Of a stretch of DNA of 64,000 bases, positions 63,530-64,000 are shown one piece after another (the stretch's first letter is position 1; the number at the start of each line of letters is the position of its first letter). A program made the position numbers and the translations under genes. This stretch comes from Chiloscyllium plagiosum (lineage: Eukaryota). Under the pieces are notes generated by a model that worked only from the letters and a program-made list of their open reading frames with translations, was not told where the DNA came from and did not search any database. The DNA lies in contig NC_057749.1 in the NCBI RefSeq assembly GCF_004010195.1, positions 7,939,901 through 8,003,900 of the forward strand, given 5' to 3'.

Positions 63530-63738
63530 ATGGAAATGTGTTGCTGGAGAAGCGCAGCAGGTCAGGCAGCATCTAGGGAACAGGAGAATCGACGTTTCGG
63601 GCATTAGCCCAAAGAAGGGCTAATGCCCGAAACGTCGATTCTCCTGTTCCCTAGATGCTGCCTGACCTGCTGCGCTTCTCCAGCAACACATTTCCATCTC
63701 TGATCTCCAGCATCTTCAGACCTCATTTTCTCTTCAAA
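63530..63738. mobile_element. Young PLE fold-back element with perfect 82-bp arms, nested in another PLE
   Basis: Arms 63529-63610 and 63617-63698, loop aaagaa; TSD gatgtaatttcctg at 63516-63529 and 63739-63752. Confidence 0.93.
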
Positions 63739-64000
63739 GATGTAATTTCCTGGTCATTTCTTGTTTTTTTTCTCTCAGGGAGTGGTAAATAGGGTCCAAG
63801 TCAATGTGTTTGTTGATCGAGTTCCGGTTAGAATGTCATGCTTCCAGGAATTCTCGTGCGTGTCTCTGTTTGGCTTGTCCTAGGATGGATGTGTTGTCCC
63901 AGTCGAAGTGGTCAAATTCCTCATCCTATATAAGGATACTAGTGGGGGTGGATCATGTCTTTTTGTGGCTAGTTGATATGAGCAGAACCTCTGACACTCC

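Larger units (their letters stand above)
63371..63978 (-). mobile_element. Penelope-like element 3' end (same family as 19252-20081) with 12-bp TSD, inserted in an LTR-like repeat
   Basis: TSD tgagcagaacct at 63359-63370 and 63979-63990; minus translation HFDWDNTSILGQAKQRHAREFLEA...INKHIDLDPIY. Confidence 0.9.

Overview
This is repeat-rich vertebrate genomic DNA with three N-gaps (23894-24170, 27674-27704, 61207-61335). HE1-type SINEs and HER1/CR1 LINEs point to a shark or other elasmobranch (inference). I found no supportable host protein-coding exon; nearly all ORF-track hits are retroelement fragments or by-products of tandem repeats. The window holds about 20 CR1 LINE fragments, about 10 HE1 SINEs plus other SINE families, Rex1/Babar-like and Tx1-like LINE pieces, a decayed Gypsy gag-pro-RT region (17.3-19.1 kb, minus), a solo LTR, two TA-flanked MITEs and two GC-rich minisatellites (35-bp and 21-bp units). 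The main signal is a dense population of Penelope-like (PLE) insertions from several families. Many are reduced to 100-250-bp single-arm or fold-back pieces with 8-18-bp target-site duplications. Each family carries a minimal type-I hammerhead ribozyme core (CUGANGA-N-stem II-GAAA-CG-UH) with compensatory stem II changes and all four N7 variants. A second signal is that both minisatellites sit inside an apparent non-autonomous retroposon that starts with AAGATGGC and ends with a Rex1/Babar-like tail. Family names come from recalled motifs, not database searches, and the boundaries of old repeats are approximate.
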